A DNA stretch of 64,000 nt from Minutocellus sp. GHC0000111 (GCA_977018835.1 OZ361256.1:2356001-2420000); one strand, 5' to 3'. Numbered from the stretch's first letter, positions 1 through 12,918 are shown. Program-made: numbers and translations. The notes: generated by a model not told the origin, from the sequence alone.

Positions 1-1175
1 GGTAATGGCCGCCGCCAATCAGCAGCAAGTGGCCCCTCAAGTCTGAGCAACCCTTTATCATCCACCGCTTACATTTGTCACATTGATGATGACACGTTCT
101 CCTATCGACAACCCAGAGAACACACGCACAAGCATGAATTAAATTATGTAATGCTTCGTGATAACAGCATGTACATAAAAATAGGTGGTCTGGACGACGG
201 TTGTTAACCCCCACAAACTTATTTCCTTATTGTTAATAGTAAAAAATAATAAATATAGTTCGAGCGCACCATGTCCTCCATGTCAATGCTCTTGCTAATG
301 CTGCAATGGCATCTGCGCATGTAACAGTGGCAAGGATTGAAGACGACAAAGAAATGCCCGCACAGAGAAGAAGAGAACCATGCCAGGAGGAGCCAGCCAG
401 TCAACCAGCCACAGACTTAATCTAGCAGCTACCTTTGAAGGCTTCATGCAGGCCAACAATCCCAATGCTTGGAGAGACCACGACCTGCACTTCAGTAAAT
501 CTACATGAGCTGACTCCTCCTACCCCCCATCCTCACCCCATCTTGTGTAACGACTGCAACCGTGCGATTCTTGTTTTTTTATGTTTTGTTGACATTCGTC
601 CTTCCTGATGATGCAAGTGCGGCTGCCTGCCTACATAGATTTGGTTCTAACTTTTCACTATGACAGATAGATGTAAGCTGTACTTAATAGGACGACACTA
701 CCCCCTACCACCACTTTCATGGGGCTAGCTACTAGAGAAGAAGAACAGTCTCTCTACCGGCCTCAGGTTGAGGTTGTTTTTATGCCGCTCCTGTTGCTGC
801 TTTGCCCCAAGTAACCCGGACTTTTTCCCGAGAGCGTGCTCGCGGCCTCTCGCATTTGTTTTCTTCAATAAGCCCAAATGGTGCAGAGTTCTGCATGCTC
901 TCAACCATACTTGCGATCGATCCGTCGCTCCAGTCAGGGATCTACTCTGCATATAGTCTTACAACTGTATCTACAATTATGTCGCATTACGTCGATCCGT
1001 TCGCGGGTTGTGTGCAGGCGAAACTCTGCACTAAGACCCTACGCCTGGTTTTCGAGCAATGTGCCAGCCCCCAGTTCCTGCCCTCCTCCCTGCTTGCATT
1101 TGTCATCAGACGAGGTCGGTATCCCACTCTCGTTCACTAGCATCACGCCGGTGCCAACACAACACGAGCGACACG

Positions 1176-2237
1176 TCAGTAAACAATACCTAACAAATTG
1201 GTAAGATCAGGATGTCTGGTGGTCCGGCCCACGTGAGGAGAAGAAACCAGATCGACCCCGTGGTCATCCTCTACCCAGCCATCGGGGTTGACATCCTCAT
1301 CACGGAGCCCCCAGCGATGATACAAAAAATGGCCAGGATCAGTCTCCGGGGACCTCGAACATTGAAGACCTGTAAAATTAGCCACGCACGTGTTCCCTCG
1401 GAGACCCCTGTTATATGAAAGTCGGCTGCATCTTCCAAATTTCTCTCGTCCCTCTGTTCGCGTAGCCTCCAACCGAGACTGGCGCACACGAAGAGCGACC
1501 TCATAAGCAGCCTTCGTAATCATACCAGTGCGTACCCCCAATCTTACTAACGCGGCATTTTCGCGGTCGAGTGTTCTGTCGTAGCAGCCTAGAGCCACGG
1601 CAATAAGCAAATGACGGAACGATGACCACAGGCGATCCTGATCAAATTCCATGCACCCAAGATGGAAGTGCGCACCTCCATCTGCACAACCCAGTAATAT
1701 CGCTTCTTTGAAATATGTCTCGGCCCTTTTGAAATTGGGATGCAGCCCATGCTTGCCGATATAAAATGCTTCAGCAAGAAGGAAGATTCCCTCCGCACAT
1801 CCGAGCTGGTGTAAGCGAAACAAGTGACGAACGACAGTATGATCAGACAGTTCACCCGAGCGCACTTCATGCAAAATGACATTAACATCCTTCTTTTCCA
1901 GCCGGGCTTTCAAAAACTGTTCTATAACCCCAATGCAGTCGGAACTCGACTGCCTACAAAAAGGGCAAGACGAGCCTCTCGTTCGTGTGGTAATGTCCAA
2001 GTAGCAACCCCCGCACATGATCTGGCCGCAACAAGGACTAAGGACGCACTGCTCGGGCCTGGTTGGCAACGATTCGAAGCATATTGAACAGCACGCGGGC
2101 AGCGAAGGAAGTTTATGTAGGCGAGCATCATAACGGATATATGACCGGATCGACGATTCAGTCATTAATCTAGTTCGTGTACGACTCGATAGCTTTAGCA
2201 TCTTAGCTGGAAGAATCGGATGTGGGAAATTTTGCAA
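1176..2237 (-). CDS. RING-finger + Sel1-like repeat protein
   Basis: CSICFESLP...PCCGQIMCGGC...CPFCR is a RING-type Cys pattern. It is followed by Sel1-like helices (LAEAFYIGKHGL...KRAETYFKEAILLG, AHFHLGCME). The true start may be the internal Met of MLKLSS. Confidence 0.8.
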   Translation of the reverse strand: MQNFPHPILPAKMLKLSSRTRTRLMTESSIRSYIRYDARLHKLPSLPACCSICFESLPTRPEQCVLSPCCGQIMCGGCYLDITTRTRGSSCPFCRQSSSDCIGVIEQFLKARLEKKDVNVILHEVRSGELSDHTVVRHLFRLHQLGCAEGIFLLAEAFYIGKHGLHPNFKRAETYFKEAILLGCADGGAHFHLGCMEFDQDRLWSSFRHLLIAVALGCYDRTLDRENAALVRLGVRTGMITKAAYEVALRVRQSRLEATRTEGREKFGRCSRLSYNRGLRGNTCVANFTGLQCSRSPETDPGHFLYHRWGLRDEDVNPDGWVEDDHGVDLVSSPHVGRTTRHPDLTNLLGIVY

Positions 2238-2320
2238 TATAGGGCGACAAGAAAATACCAGATAATCCGATAATGCAATAACAAATGCCTTAATTTCAAA
2301 TTTATGGAATGGACTTGGCT

Positions 2321-4157
2321 CTAAACTCCAGAAATAAGGTTAAACAGAGACGAAGATAATTCCGAATCAATGTCGGATATGTCCGCAGGTACATAGGGAG
2401 GTAGCCCCGGTACCAAGTTTGATATCGCCTTCCGAAGATCACGCCAATCATCACGGATCCTTTTATCATCATATTTGATAATATCGACTTGATTCATCGC
2501 GTGTGCGAAATTAGTAACCGAATGTCTCGCCAGATCTCTCCGCCTCGATTCCTCTTCTAGGGAATTCGTTAGATCGCGATCGGCTGTAACCAACGCGGCC
2601 ATAATCTCATCCATCTCATCAACAATCTTGATCACAGTATCATTGAACTTGCGCTTGGAAGCTTCTTCTCGCGCCGTGACCTGATGGTCCGCCGGTGGCA
2701 TGCCATCATCACCGTCGCTGTCATCACTCGACTCATCCGATGCATCCGCATCGGACGACACTCCTGCTGGATCATATGGTGCCCCCGAGGGGACCCCAGT
2801 GACGGTGTACGAGTTCAGATCGAGATACCCTTGCCCAGAACGCAAATGTTCCGCTCGGTCCTTTAGCCTTTCGCATGCACATCTCAATGAACGACCTTGT
2901 AAAGCAGTCGGCAGTACCGAGCTAACCACGGCCGACATATATTGCCCGATGAAGGAAAGAGAGTGCTGGATAGCCACTATCTCCATCCCAGCATGCAGCA
3001 AGGTGCAAAGATCGGCCCCTCGAATGCAGGTGGCGCCTTGAGAAAGTGAATCTGATCTCGTGGCCTCGATGTTTTCGCCAAGCATGTCTAAATTGTTCGG
3101 GAGGAAAGTATTCAAGTGGAACTTCAATCGATCAACCCCGGTAAGAAACCCAACATCTCTCTGCGGCAAAGTGATAAGCAAGACGCCGAACATTGACAAG
3201 AATCGGTAAGATTGGAATGAGTAAGCACGTAAAGCATCGACGCAAATAGTACAGCACCAAGTCACAGATACGCACGCCGTCCATCGCCAGCATCCTCCAC
3301 ATAGCAATCTGAACAGGAATAGGGTAGTCAGAAACGTTATGTAGGCCATTCACACCGTGATTGTAACACAAAACGGCATCCCATTCGTCGAAATCGCTTA
3401 TCGCACGCTGCAACTCGGATTGCTGTGCCACCGTCAATGCGTCCGTACGGGGAAACGTTTTGCAAGCAACAACACCCTCCATCAGGTTCAAAATATCAAA
3501 TACGTCACTGGACGCGGGTGCTTGTTTCATATCATTGAAGTAGTTGCACACGACATGGCTCGCCGCCCACTCGGAATGCACCATCGACAGTCTAGCGGCT
3601 AGTTCCCAGACACGGATAGCATTGCGGAATGATAAAAGTTGATTCCGACCACTGGACTCACTGAAGAGCCCATCGAATTGTGACAGGATGGCACCGTTTG
3701 ACATCTTCCCACGGGACTCCACAGCAACAACCTCTATCGCAATAGTTCTGTCGCATAGTTGCAAGAGCCAGTCTAAACCGAAAAAGGCTGCCCACGGCGC
3801 CACCTTTTCGGCGATTTCGGCAGTGAAATTTTTTCCCAGACTTGTTCTGGGATGGACAGCATCGAAAAACGCACGAAGCGAGTCGCTTGAATGAGCCTCC
3901 AATCGAATTGTTAGCACATCACTTCTATCCTTTCCAGTGCAATCAGGTGACAACGCCGTATGGACCACGCCCCCTTCCCCGCCAGTTATCTCAATCAAAA
4001 AACCCGAATAGAACATCTGTTCGAAATGGCCCTGATTATCTGACACGACTCTTACCATCATGCGCTCATCCCACGAGCTGTTCGAGTGAGAGACGTCAGT
4101 CGCGTCTCGCTTCTTCGCTCGCTTCTGTGATTTGTAAGCACCAGCATCCATGTGCAC
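2321..4157 (-). CDS. BTB/POZ-like domain protein with acidic/coiled-coil C-terminus (spliced; paralog 1)
   Basis: ORFs 3132-4157 and 2321-3349 join in frame through a GTGCGT...GCAG intron at 3161-3275 (..AMDG|RDVGFL..). BTB-like signature: SLRAFFDAVHP...AAFFGLDWLLQLCD. Colinear similarity to 9561-11451. Confidence 0.65.
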
Positions 4158-4318
4158 TCGCTCCCAGACAAAAAAAGTAAAGTATCAAGTAAGATTATCG
4201 GCTGGTAGAATGAGATCCTTCAATATCCCGGTATTCGATTTGTAGTTGTACCGCAGAGCAACTTATGACCAGAGAGGGAGCGTCAGCGCGTCAGCGCCGT
4301 CGAGGCGAACGAGCTGAG

Positions 4319-4378
4319 GAGTCGAAGAGTGAGTCGAATCGAGTGAGTCAGGAGGAGTCAATCGAGTGAGTCGACTCG
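4319..4378. repeat. Cluster of GAGTC / GAGTGAGTC motifs ending in palindrome GAGTCGACTC
   Basis: Five GAGTC copies plus one inverted copy in 60 bp, read directly. Confidence 0.8.
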
Positions 4379-4390
4379 TTTACGCCAGAT

Positions 4391-4535
4391 AAGACACCCG
4401 AATACCGCGTCCCTCTTTTCACTTTTCCCTTTGCGTTGTCAGAAAGGAATTTCAAAGACACCCGAATACAGCGTCCCTCTTTTTACTTTTCCCCTTGCGT
4501 TGTCAGAAAGGAATTTCGAAGACACCCGAATACAG
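4391..4535. repeat. 64-bp tandem repeat, about 2.3 copies
   Basis: AAGACACCCGAATAC starts at 4391, 4455 and 4519. The unit continues GCGTCCCTCTTTT...TTGCGTTGTCAGAAAGGAATTTC. Confidence 0.95.
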
Positions 4536-4581
4536 GGATGTCTTTGCTTGCTTGCTTGCTCGAACGCTCGAACGTCAATCA

Positions 4582-4684
4582 TACCTAGGCCTAGGTACGT
4601 GCTACGTAGTAGGCTACCTAGGCTAGGTACATGTACTACGTAGCTACTTAGTACGTAGCTAGGCCTAGCTACGTAGTAGTAGCC
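4582..4684. repeat. TA-rich palindrome patch (16-bp and 24-bp perfect palindromes)
   Basis: TACCTAGGCCTAGGTA at 4582-4597 and TACGTAGCTAGGCCTAGCTACGTA at 4652-4675, between divergent genes. Confidence 0.9.
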
Positions 4685-4863
4685 CTGACGAGAAGGCAAA
4701 GAGCAAGGAGCAATGAGCGAACGCTTCGGCTACTGCCAGCCAGCTAGCCAGTATCGCGCGCCGACAACTCCAAGCACCCGACATCACATGTACCACAATC
4801 CGAAGCGCTCCATCATCTCCATATTAAACTCGTCACAACAAGCACCACGATCTGGTATTGATC

Positions 4864-6944
4864 ATGCCAAAAGAAATGGAAAGCCGTCGAGGGAAACGGC
4901 CGATAGCAGACGATCCCGACAAAAGGCAGCAGGTTCAGTTGCAGGAGAAACGCGGTAAGCAGCTGGATCAATTGCAGAAGCAACGAAAACAGAAACGCGG
5001 CAAGCAGAGCATAAAGGCCAAACGAGGTGGCGGGAAGAGTGTGTTCCCATGCAGGCTGCAGTATCACCTCCACCCGATGGCCGCCGCGTTGAGCAAGAAC
5101 GATAAGCGTCTCCAAAAGTTAGTAGACCAAGGAGTCATCCCGAAAAAACTACCAGTGTTTTGCATGAATCTCCCCGCGAACGACGTGGTAGTAGAGGCAG
5201 ACCTGTTCATCGAAAATGCGCTCAAAGCGTGCGGCACGATGGAGGGATCCCTGGAACGATGTAGGGCAATCGTCGCCGCAATCTCATCTCGACAGCAAGA
5301 GATTTATGGCGCGGTTTTCACGGCTAATGCTCCAGATCTAAAGAGGTACATCAGCAACAGGGATGATCTACACATCCCTAGCGGCGTCGATTGCAGAATG
5401 TCGAGAATGCGAGTAATCATCGAAAACGAGCAGGCCCAGGAACTCAAGAACGCAATAATCGAAAAAAGAACCGCCGATGAAATGCCCAGGGAAGAGGGAT
5501 GGCTATATCTCTTCATTCGGGAAATCGACCAACCACACAAAAAAGGAACTCTCAGCTCTGTAGTATATAAGGGCTGGGGACGCCTGCGATTTGGTAAGTG
5601 CAAGACACCTGCTTGGAATGAGTGTCGTGCTGACATCATTAATCGTCCTAACCCTTCCGTTTCTTGATGTTTGTTCCCCCTACACCCCGATTATCAGGCA
5701 AAGGATGGAGTCCCTATAGCGACGGGGACTGGAAGACTAGATTTCCAAAATCTGATCCAAGCGAGTTTTATTGGGATGGCAACGTGTTCATGATGACCAG
5801 GGCCAAGGAAAGCGAGCTACGAGAGGGGAACAAACTCCCACCTCAGCCGGAGTCAGGCGAGCCATGTAGCTCCAGCTCGAATGACAGCAGCTCTGGAACC
5901 GGTTCATCCCGCACGATCGAACGTGGCGCAGTCTCCGATGCCGATAGTAACATGACATCTGATCACGATGATGACAGAAAACGACTAGCAACAGCGGCCC
6001 ATCCACAAGACGATCCGGTCAACAAAAAGACACCTACACGTTCTGCCGGAGCCCGTATTGAGCCTGCTCCCAGGAAAACATTCCTGGGGGTAGCAGGCAA
6101 ACCAAACAGGCCTGCGGCCTCAGGTTCCGTCCCCGATCGAGACAACCTGCCCTCCGATGCAAAAGATGCATCTAACGAATCCACGAAAACGGCGAAGTCC
6201 GATGACCAATTCAAACCAATTCCCCACGACCAGTTTCGATCCGTTGACAGCGAATTTGATAAGAGAATGGGCGGGCTAGGACAGGTCCTAATGTCACTCA
6301 GCAGCAGAGACTTTGCTGCTGTTGATCCCGCTGTTGCCAACCAGGATGATGACATATCCTCCCTATCAAACAATTACAACACAACCAAAACAGATCTTGG
6401 AGTGGCAACGAAAGTAGCGTGCTGTAAACAACGGCAACTAGCAAACGATTCAACAAGTATCGGTGAAAGCGCAACTACCGAGTCACCACCATCCGAGGAG
6501 TTGGAAACCAAAAAGCCTACATGTACCAACACCACTCCCACAGATGTTGGAACCGACAACAAGCTCGCATCGCCGGCTGCTGATCTACCACATAAGCCGC
6601 CTGGTGAACAGCCCCAAGCTTCCGATGTCACCAACCTCCCTTTGTCGGCCACGAATCCACCATCTGTCGAGGATCGGCATCAAACTCGCAACAACAGCGT
6701 CGGCATGAACACGAGACCCGGTAAAATGGCTCGGTATTCCCGCAGAAAGTCGTCGAGCGAACTGGATTCCAGCTCGGATGTAGGCAGTTACGCGTCAGGG
6801 TATGCACCGGACGAAGAATGCACTCCCACCCGGGCAAATATAATGCGCTTAAGAGCAACAAAAGTGTCACGCCATAGTAGGAACAAAGGTAGCAAGAAAG
6901 CCAAGGCCCTAAAATTTAGGTCGGGGCGCCGTCACATACCATGA
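4864..6944 (+). CDS. Hypothetical protein, basic N-terminus and long low-complexity C-terminus (spliced)
   Basis: ORFs 4858-5667 and 5664-6944 join through a phase-1 intron GTAAGT...TCAG at 5594-5697 with a CTAAC branch point (RLRFG|KGWSP). Confidence 0.65.
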
Positions 6945-7157
6945 AATGGTTGGAGAATGAATGAGATAGATATATTATACTTAGGAGCAGTTCATATACG
7001 CGGTAATGGTGTACATATATCACTATTTACACACACGATAACGTGCACGCATCTATCGATCATACGCCATGAAGCAACCAGGGAGACAATTCAAATGATC
7101 ACAACAAAATATATATGTGTATCCGTGGAAAGTAATCCAAAAGTGTTGGACAGTTCA

Positions 7158-8237
7158 CTATGAGATTCCACGCAATCCACCCAGGACATGAAGAGGGCTG
7201 ATTGAATCAATCTTGTCGTCTCCGTAGCATAGGGGGCGCCAATTCAGTTGATCCTGATCCGGGGTCCGCCTCACAAGCGTACCGTACATGATACTCAGTC
7301 GCACAGTCGACAGACCAATACATTCGCCATTCGGAAGAAGATCGACAGGGAATTGAATCGACACATCTACAGGCCGTTGGCCAAGAATAACCCTGATTTT
7401 CATGCCTAAATCAGATTGCTCCAGCTCTAACCCACGTGACTCAATTCTGGTAGGACCTCCGTCCTCTGATACGTTTGATGAAAACATCACAACCGAGCTG
7501 ACACCGTTTCTCTTGTAGCCCGAGGACGCCTCATCTCGGACAATAGCAAGATCACCAGGGGATAACACATACCGGACCTTATTAGACGAAATCACAACAA
7601 TATCAGTTCCGCGCACTAGACGAAGACCAACCCGAAGCCCCCTATGCTCACCATGACCATCAAGCCCAATACACGGTCTTACACATGTACATGTCTGACT
7701 CAGGTGACAGCTTGCCTTACCAATGTTGATAGGAGCGCTAAGAGGATAGAGCGCCGATCTGTATTCGAGCATTCCTCCCTCAAATGCCAACCGCTCACCA
7801 AGAACCGCCTCGCCATCAACGCTTACGTCCATGTGGAATGTCAACTTGTCCACACCAACCGGGACAGGAGGAAGTGGAGGAATCGTCGCATGTCTGCTGG
7901 TAAGTCGATCGGAACCATATAACCGACAACAATTACGGATCCCCCCAAAGGATGAAAGAATTTCATCGTCATCGAGGAGCCGCGAGGTAGGCCAATTCAA
8001 TTTGCAAAGTTCGGACCAAACTTCCTCTGAAACACGACAAGAAGTACCAGCCTGATCCACGCGGCCAACATCCCTCACACTTAGCCAGCCATTCGCAACT
8101 AAATCAACCAGGACACCGGCCAACGTAGGCTCGTGTCCATCCCGATGATTAGACTCGGCAACAATGGCGGCATTTGCAAGACGACAGCGTTTATTAGGAC
8201 GACCACCCGAAATTCGCCTCTCTTGTGAACTCATCAT
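7158..8237 (-). CDS. F-box-like protein
   Basis: The 361-codon ORF has N-terminal LVDLVANGWLSVRDVGRV...SEEVWSELCKLNWP, which resembles an F-box plus its typical 'W..LC...WP' tail. Confidence 0.5.
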   Translation of the reverse strand: MMSSQERRISGGRPNKRCRLANAAIVAESNHRDGHEPTLAGVLVDLVANGWLSVRDVGRVDQAGTSCRVSEEVWSELCKLNWPTSRLLDDDEILSSFGGIRNCCRLYGSDRLTSRHATIPPLPPVPVGVDKLTFHMDVSVDGEAVLGERLAFEGGMLEYRSALYPLSAPINIGKASCHLSQTCTCVRPCIGLDGHGEHRGLRVGLRLVRGTDIVVISSNKVRYVLSPGDLAIVRDEASSGYKRNGVSSVVMFSSNVSEDGGPTRIESRGLELEQSDLGMKIRVILGQRPVDVSIQFPVDLLPNGECIGLSTVRLSIMYGTLVRRTPDQDQLNWRPLCYGDDKIDSISPLHVLGGLRGIS

Positions 8238-8445
8238 AATCAAAACAGAGGAAGTCGAGAAGCAGATACACTAACTGCCACCGCAAAAGCCAAGCCCACT
8301 GAAATACCCGAACCACGGCAACTCCAAACCGTAGACAGCTCGTTCGCTCACAAAGCGGCGAAAGGGACCGGGAGACCACCTTTATCCCGGCGTTCATGCC
8401 GGTTAGTTCGGCTCGTGCGGCATATTCTGCTTTGCAGTGCATCAA

Positions 8446-9451
8446 AATTCCCGGCTGGGGGCTGGCGAGTTTCCATTTCTATGAAATAGTTTCCATCTTA
8501 CAATGCGAAGTTCATGTTTTTGATCGGCTCAAGGTTGGACACCTTGACAACTCCTGTGACAGTATATCTTGTGTGGATTGATTGTAGGTAGCTCACTTCC
8601 TAAAGTAAGCTGAGTTGAGTACCATCTTTTCTCTCTCTGTGCAAGAGTCTCCGCTTCAGTGACGAGCTCTTCGAGGTCCACATCTTTTGGATCGTCGATG
8701 AACACCTGCTGTAACTGGCGTGAGAACACAACACAGATCGACATGTGGCAAGTTGGCAGCGATGCAGGTAGCTACTCAATTGTAAAAATAAAAAAGAATG
8801 GGTAAACATACATGCATGTCCCCACCTCCACCTCCACCTCCACCACGAGATCTAGGTCTAGCTACAGGCTGCACACTCCGATGGCGCAAGGCGATGTCTG
8901 TGTGCTAAACCACAAACAAAAGATGGCAGTGTCTACAAAGTGCAGATTGTTCTACAAGTCAGGAGTGTCGTTTCCAACTACACCACCACGACCACCAGCA
9001 AATCTGTGGATTGTTGACACCGATACTTACTCCCACAACGACACCTACACAAACCGATTGCCACCCTGCACCTGGCAAATTGTAGGCGATTTAGTCCATC
9101 CTACGTTAAGATCGAGGTAGAGGCCAACCAGACCTAGGGGAAACTAGCCTACCTTTCAACATGCACTTCAAGACAGATCCAGGAACAACATTTTGTAAAA
9201 AAATATAATCGTTAATAAAACAAATGCATTGAAGAACATAAGAAGAATTTTCTTGTGGTCTGTCCGTCCCCAAAGATGGAATTTTAGCGGAAGACGGCCA
9301 GATAGAATGAGACCGGAATGGCAATCTGTCACAGGGTCACACAATTGTGTCAGATCTGCAGCGACGATCGAAGGCCTACATGTAGATCGAGTAAAATATA
9401 TTATGCTCGTCAAATTCTGCTATTTTTAGACCCTCTCGTGCGATACCCCCC
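8446..9451. mobile_element. Possible degenerate transposon remnant
   Basis: Appears CpG-poor and holds only broken ORF fragments (FIDDPKDVDLEELVTEAETL). It interrupts an otherwise gene-dense block. Termini not established. Confidence 0.3.
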
Positions 9452-9560
9452 TACACATTGGCCGTACATGGGACTGTCGTTCGAAGTCCCTACACTACTA
9501 CTTGCTCTCCACGAGATCTACGCAAAGGGTAGGCCCCATCTACACCTCCACCTCCACCAC

Positions 9561-11451
9561 TCAGTGTGTCTCTGCCTCTTGTATCCCTTTATCACCGAGA
9601 TATTTTAGTAGTTTCACAAACACAGCTTTCAACTTTTTACCTCCGATGTTCAAATTACCGACGTGCCTTTCAAATTCTTTACCTAGCAGGCCATCGCCGT
9701 CGTCATTGCCCCGGCATGCCAGCAAAAGCTCCTCATTGGCCTCTATAAGTGTCTCGATAATCACATCCAGCCCTTGTGTTACTCGGGTAACAGTCCGCCG
9801 AAATCTCTCGCGCCTCGCCCGTTTATCAGGGTCATGACGACTGCAAGCACTGCTCAGGCTGGAGTCGTCATCGAATAACACAATTGGATTTCCTACGCTT
9901 CCCAGTGGTGCCCGTAGGATACCAGTGTCATCGAAAGGACGTTTCCTCCGCCGTATCGAGCCAATCGCATCGTCTCCGTCATTGGAATCGGAAATTCCGT
10001 CCGATGGCAACATCACAACTCTGTATTTATTCAACGTGATATATCCATCACCAGACGACAATGCTCTTGTCCGTTGCGCCAACTGACGATACGCAAGACT
10101 CAAGGGATGGCATCGTACGGCGAGTGGCAATTCCTCATCAACAACATCTGGCAGTCGCTCGACGAGAAAATTGATCGACCGGCGCATGGCATCCACCTCC
10201 ATGCCAGCGTGGAATAAGAGGACAGTTTCGAACGACGCAGGGTCAATCGATATGAAGGTCTCGTCAGAGTAATCCTCGACGAGGCAAGTGTGCCCAGACG
10301 GCAGGAAGGTATTAAGAAGATATCTCAGCCGAACGACCGACGGATGTGAACCGGTGTCGTCCAAAAACCACCAGGGATACCAAACCATTAGAATGACCGC
10401 GAAAAGTAGCGCATATGTCAACACACTTATTTACGAACCACCCAACAAGCAATCAAGGGCCATCAAAATAACGAGATAATCGCGGACTCACAACTTTAGC
10501 TTCCATCATTTCTTGCATTGCCAACTGCACCTTACAACTGTACTTTGAAACATAGCGACCATTATCAACCCCCATATTAAAGCAACGAATAGCATCCCAT
10601 ACATCCTCCGACCGCTCAGTAAGAGTCGTCTGTAGCCATTGCCGATCCTCGTCAGTCAATGAGCCTAGCGCCTTTCCTTCAGAACGGAAGTTACTATACG
10701 CTGAATCTGCTTCCACAAATAAAAATAGGAGGTCACGAACGTCATCAACAGAGGGGGCTTGAGTCATACACCGAAAGAAATCACAAACCACATGAACTGC
10801 TGTCAATTTCGAGATCGGAAGCGAGCATCTATTAGCCAGTCGCCAGATGCAGAGACATTCACGAAAATATCCGAGCCCAGCAGCCCCGCTATCCTTGCTG
10901 AATAAGCAGCTAAACGACACACCCTCAAGTCGACACCGCGCAGCGCTTTCAACCATTGATTCGGCAACAATCTCGTCACACTTGTCTCTCAACCAACCAG
11001 TATCAAAGTAATCAGCCAACACCACGACCCCTTTTGCCTCAGACACGCTCAGGGGTTTGTCGAATATCGTCTCAGCGTGCGTGGCTCGCCACCATGCATC
11101 AACTGCATCGACCGGGAACTGATCAAGGCATATCTCATTGCTTCGTCTGAACTCACTATTAGGAGACAATGCCTTGGCAACCCAGCCCTCCGCCCCGCTT
11201 GTATTATTAATAAGCGCTAGCCTGTGTTCCCTGTTTTCAAAGTGCCCACCATTGTCACACTTTATTGTAACATAATCGTTAGTCAAATACTCGAAGTACC
11301 CAGGAGGCGTGCCACACAAGGGCCTTCTGCCTATGTCGGGATCCCGGACATCCGTATTCAGAAAAATAGCGCAAATTATAACTGTTAATACGGAAAGCAT
11401 TTTTTTATGACAATCAATGACAAGCGTAACGTAGAATAATACACCGAACAA
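9561..11451 (-). CDS. BTB/POZ-like domain protein (paralog 2; intron acceptor non-canonical, possibly pseudogene)
   Basis: Shares DNxGHFE, ALSP, WL..CD..IA, LFS..SG, HVVC.FF..M.QAP, WDA..C.N.GV, LNTFLP, HAGME and SG.GY..LN.Y with 2321-4157. The intron sits at the homologous position 10362-10491 with a GTGAGT donor but ends in TG. Confidence 0.6.
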
Positions 11452-11617
11452 ACATGCCTATTTGTACTCATATCTACTCTAGCTAGTACGTAGCTATGTA
11501 CGTCGAACGAGAACCATGACACCGAACTCAGAACAGAAGCATCACGTCCTGATTCATCTCAAGGATATCAGCAAACCGAGATACCACACACCGATGGTAG
11601 CTAGGCCAACATCGGTG

Positions 11618-12415
11618 TCATTCGGGTATCTCATTATCTCCAGACCCCGAAACTATGCCTTTGACATAAATCCCACGATGAACCTCATGAGACTCAAACC
11701 TCAACGACTCTAGCCACGGTCTTATCCAGTCAAGGTCCTTTATTAGAAATCCACACGCTTCCGTCACTTTAATTACGTCCGTTGGCGGATTCAATCCGGC
11801 TCCGTCCCCAGCCAATCTCACGACACGAATTCCATCCCCATCGCAACCAGTAGAAGGAACACTAACGCCAACGCCATCACAACCAACGCCTACATCTTCC
11901 TCTGTATCAGTTCGTATAACAATACGTTTTTTAGGTCGACAGGATTCAGCTCTACCACCGGTCTCATCCTCACTATCTTCGAACACCCCGTGCCCACCCG
12001 AATACCCGGGGGTGCCGCTACTTCCTCCATTGGTAGCTGCAAAATAAGACAATGATTTGCTCTCCCCGGCCTCGGTAATGTCGAATAATGATTCCGAGTC
12101 ATCAGATTCACTGCGTCTGGCGCGTAATCTTGCCAGTCTTCTTCTACTCATCAGCATTCTCCTGCTCGACAATCTCCTTCTGCTTACACGAATTTTCTTC
12201 GCGTGAATTTTCCCCGGCAAAGATAAATGACGACTGAATATCGATACATAGGGCCGACTGTCCTTCACGATAAATCCTCCGAGTGTGCTGTCATCGCTTG
12301 AATCGTGTAAATCGTCACCCCCTTCCTCCGAGCTATTCTGATGACCACTCTCAACGGCCTCTTCGTCGACATATTGGCTCGAACGGTCCCACTGGATTGC
12401 CTGCATGTATGCCAC
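11618..12415 (-). CDS. Hypothetical protein (acidic and Arg-rich low complexity)
   Basis: 265-codon ORF; no recognisable domain. Confidence 0.4.
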   Translation of the reverse strand: MAYMQAIQWDRSSQYVDEEAVESGHQNSSEEGGDDLHDSSDDSTLGGFIVKDSRPYVSIFSRHLSLPGKIHAKKIRVSRRRLSSRRMLMSRRRLARLRARRSESDDSESLFDITEAGESKSLSYFAATNGGSSGTPGYSGGHGVFEDSEDETGGRAESCRPKKRIVIRTDTEEDVGVGCDGVGVSVPSTGCDGDGIRVVRLAGDGAGLNPPTDVIKVTEACGFLIKDLDWIRPWLESLRFESHEVHRGIYVKGIVSGSGDNEIPE

Positions 12416-12918
12416 TTCCTATTTCGGTTTTCCGTATAACACGTGCAGCCAAATGCGAATTATTCGCGGTATCAATCTTCGTATGCACCACATTAACATT
12501 TTATGGCAACAGCCCCAACAATCGAATCTAAGTCGCGCGAAATAAGTAACCTGGAGTAGCCAAACGAATGCAATGATAACCCGGTTGCCAAAGATTCCGA
12601 CCTCGAAATCTCTACCGGCTACGTAGTAGCAGCTACAACGCCGAAAGAAGGCGAGCCTCTAATTCAGCATGTGATGCATTACAACACGCCGATATTGTAA
12701 ATAGAAAATTACTACCTGCAAACAAGACTACAACCTAACAGTCCTACATAAAAGCGTAGTACACCCGTCGTTTCTCGAGGCACCAGGCGGTCGAAGACCC
12801 TGTGCAATTAGCCCTACGGAATTTTCTTCCAAGGAACCGGTCAATCCAGCTTGGAACAAAAAATCTAAAACCAATCACCGACCCAAACAAACAGGTCAAA
12901 ACAATCATAAAGTAAGTC

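Noticed and set aside
1..720. Degenerate coding-like or transposon-like sequence
   Set aside because: Only short interrupted frames with no diagnostic motif; cannot be classified.
725..860. ACTAG plus nearby short stems as the left Helitron terminus
   Set aside because: The stems are weak and spacing is non-canonical; CTAG is very common in this genome.
4391..4535. Possible CRISPR-like array
   Set aside because: The units are contiguous tandem copies with no unique spacers, there are no cas genes, and the context is eukaryotic.
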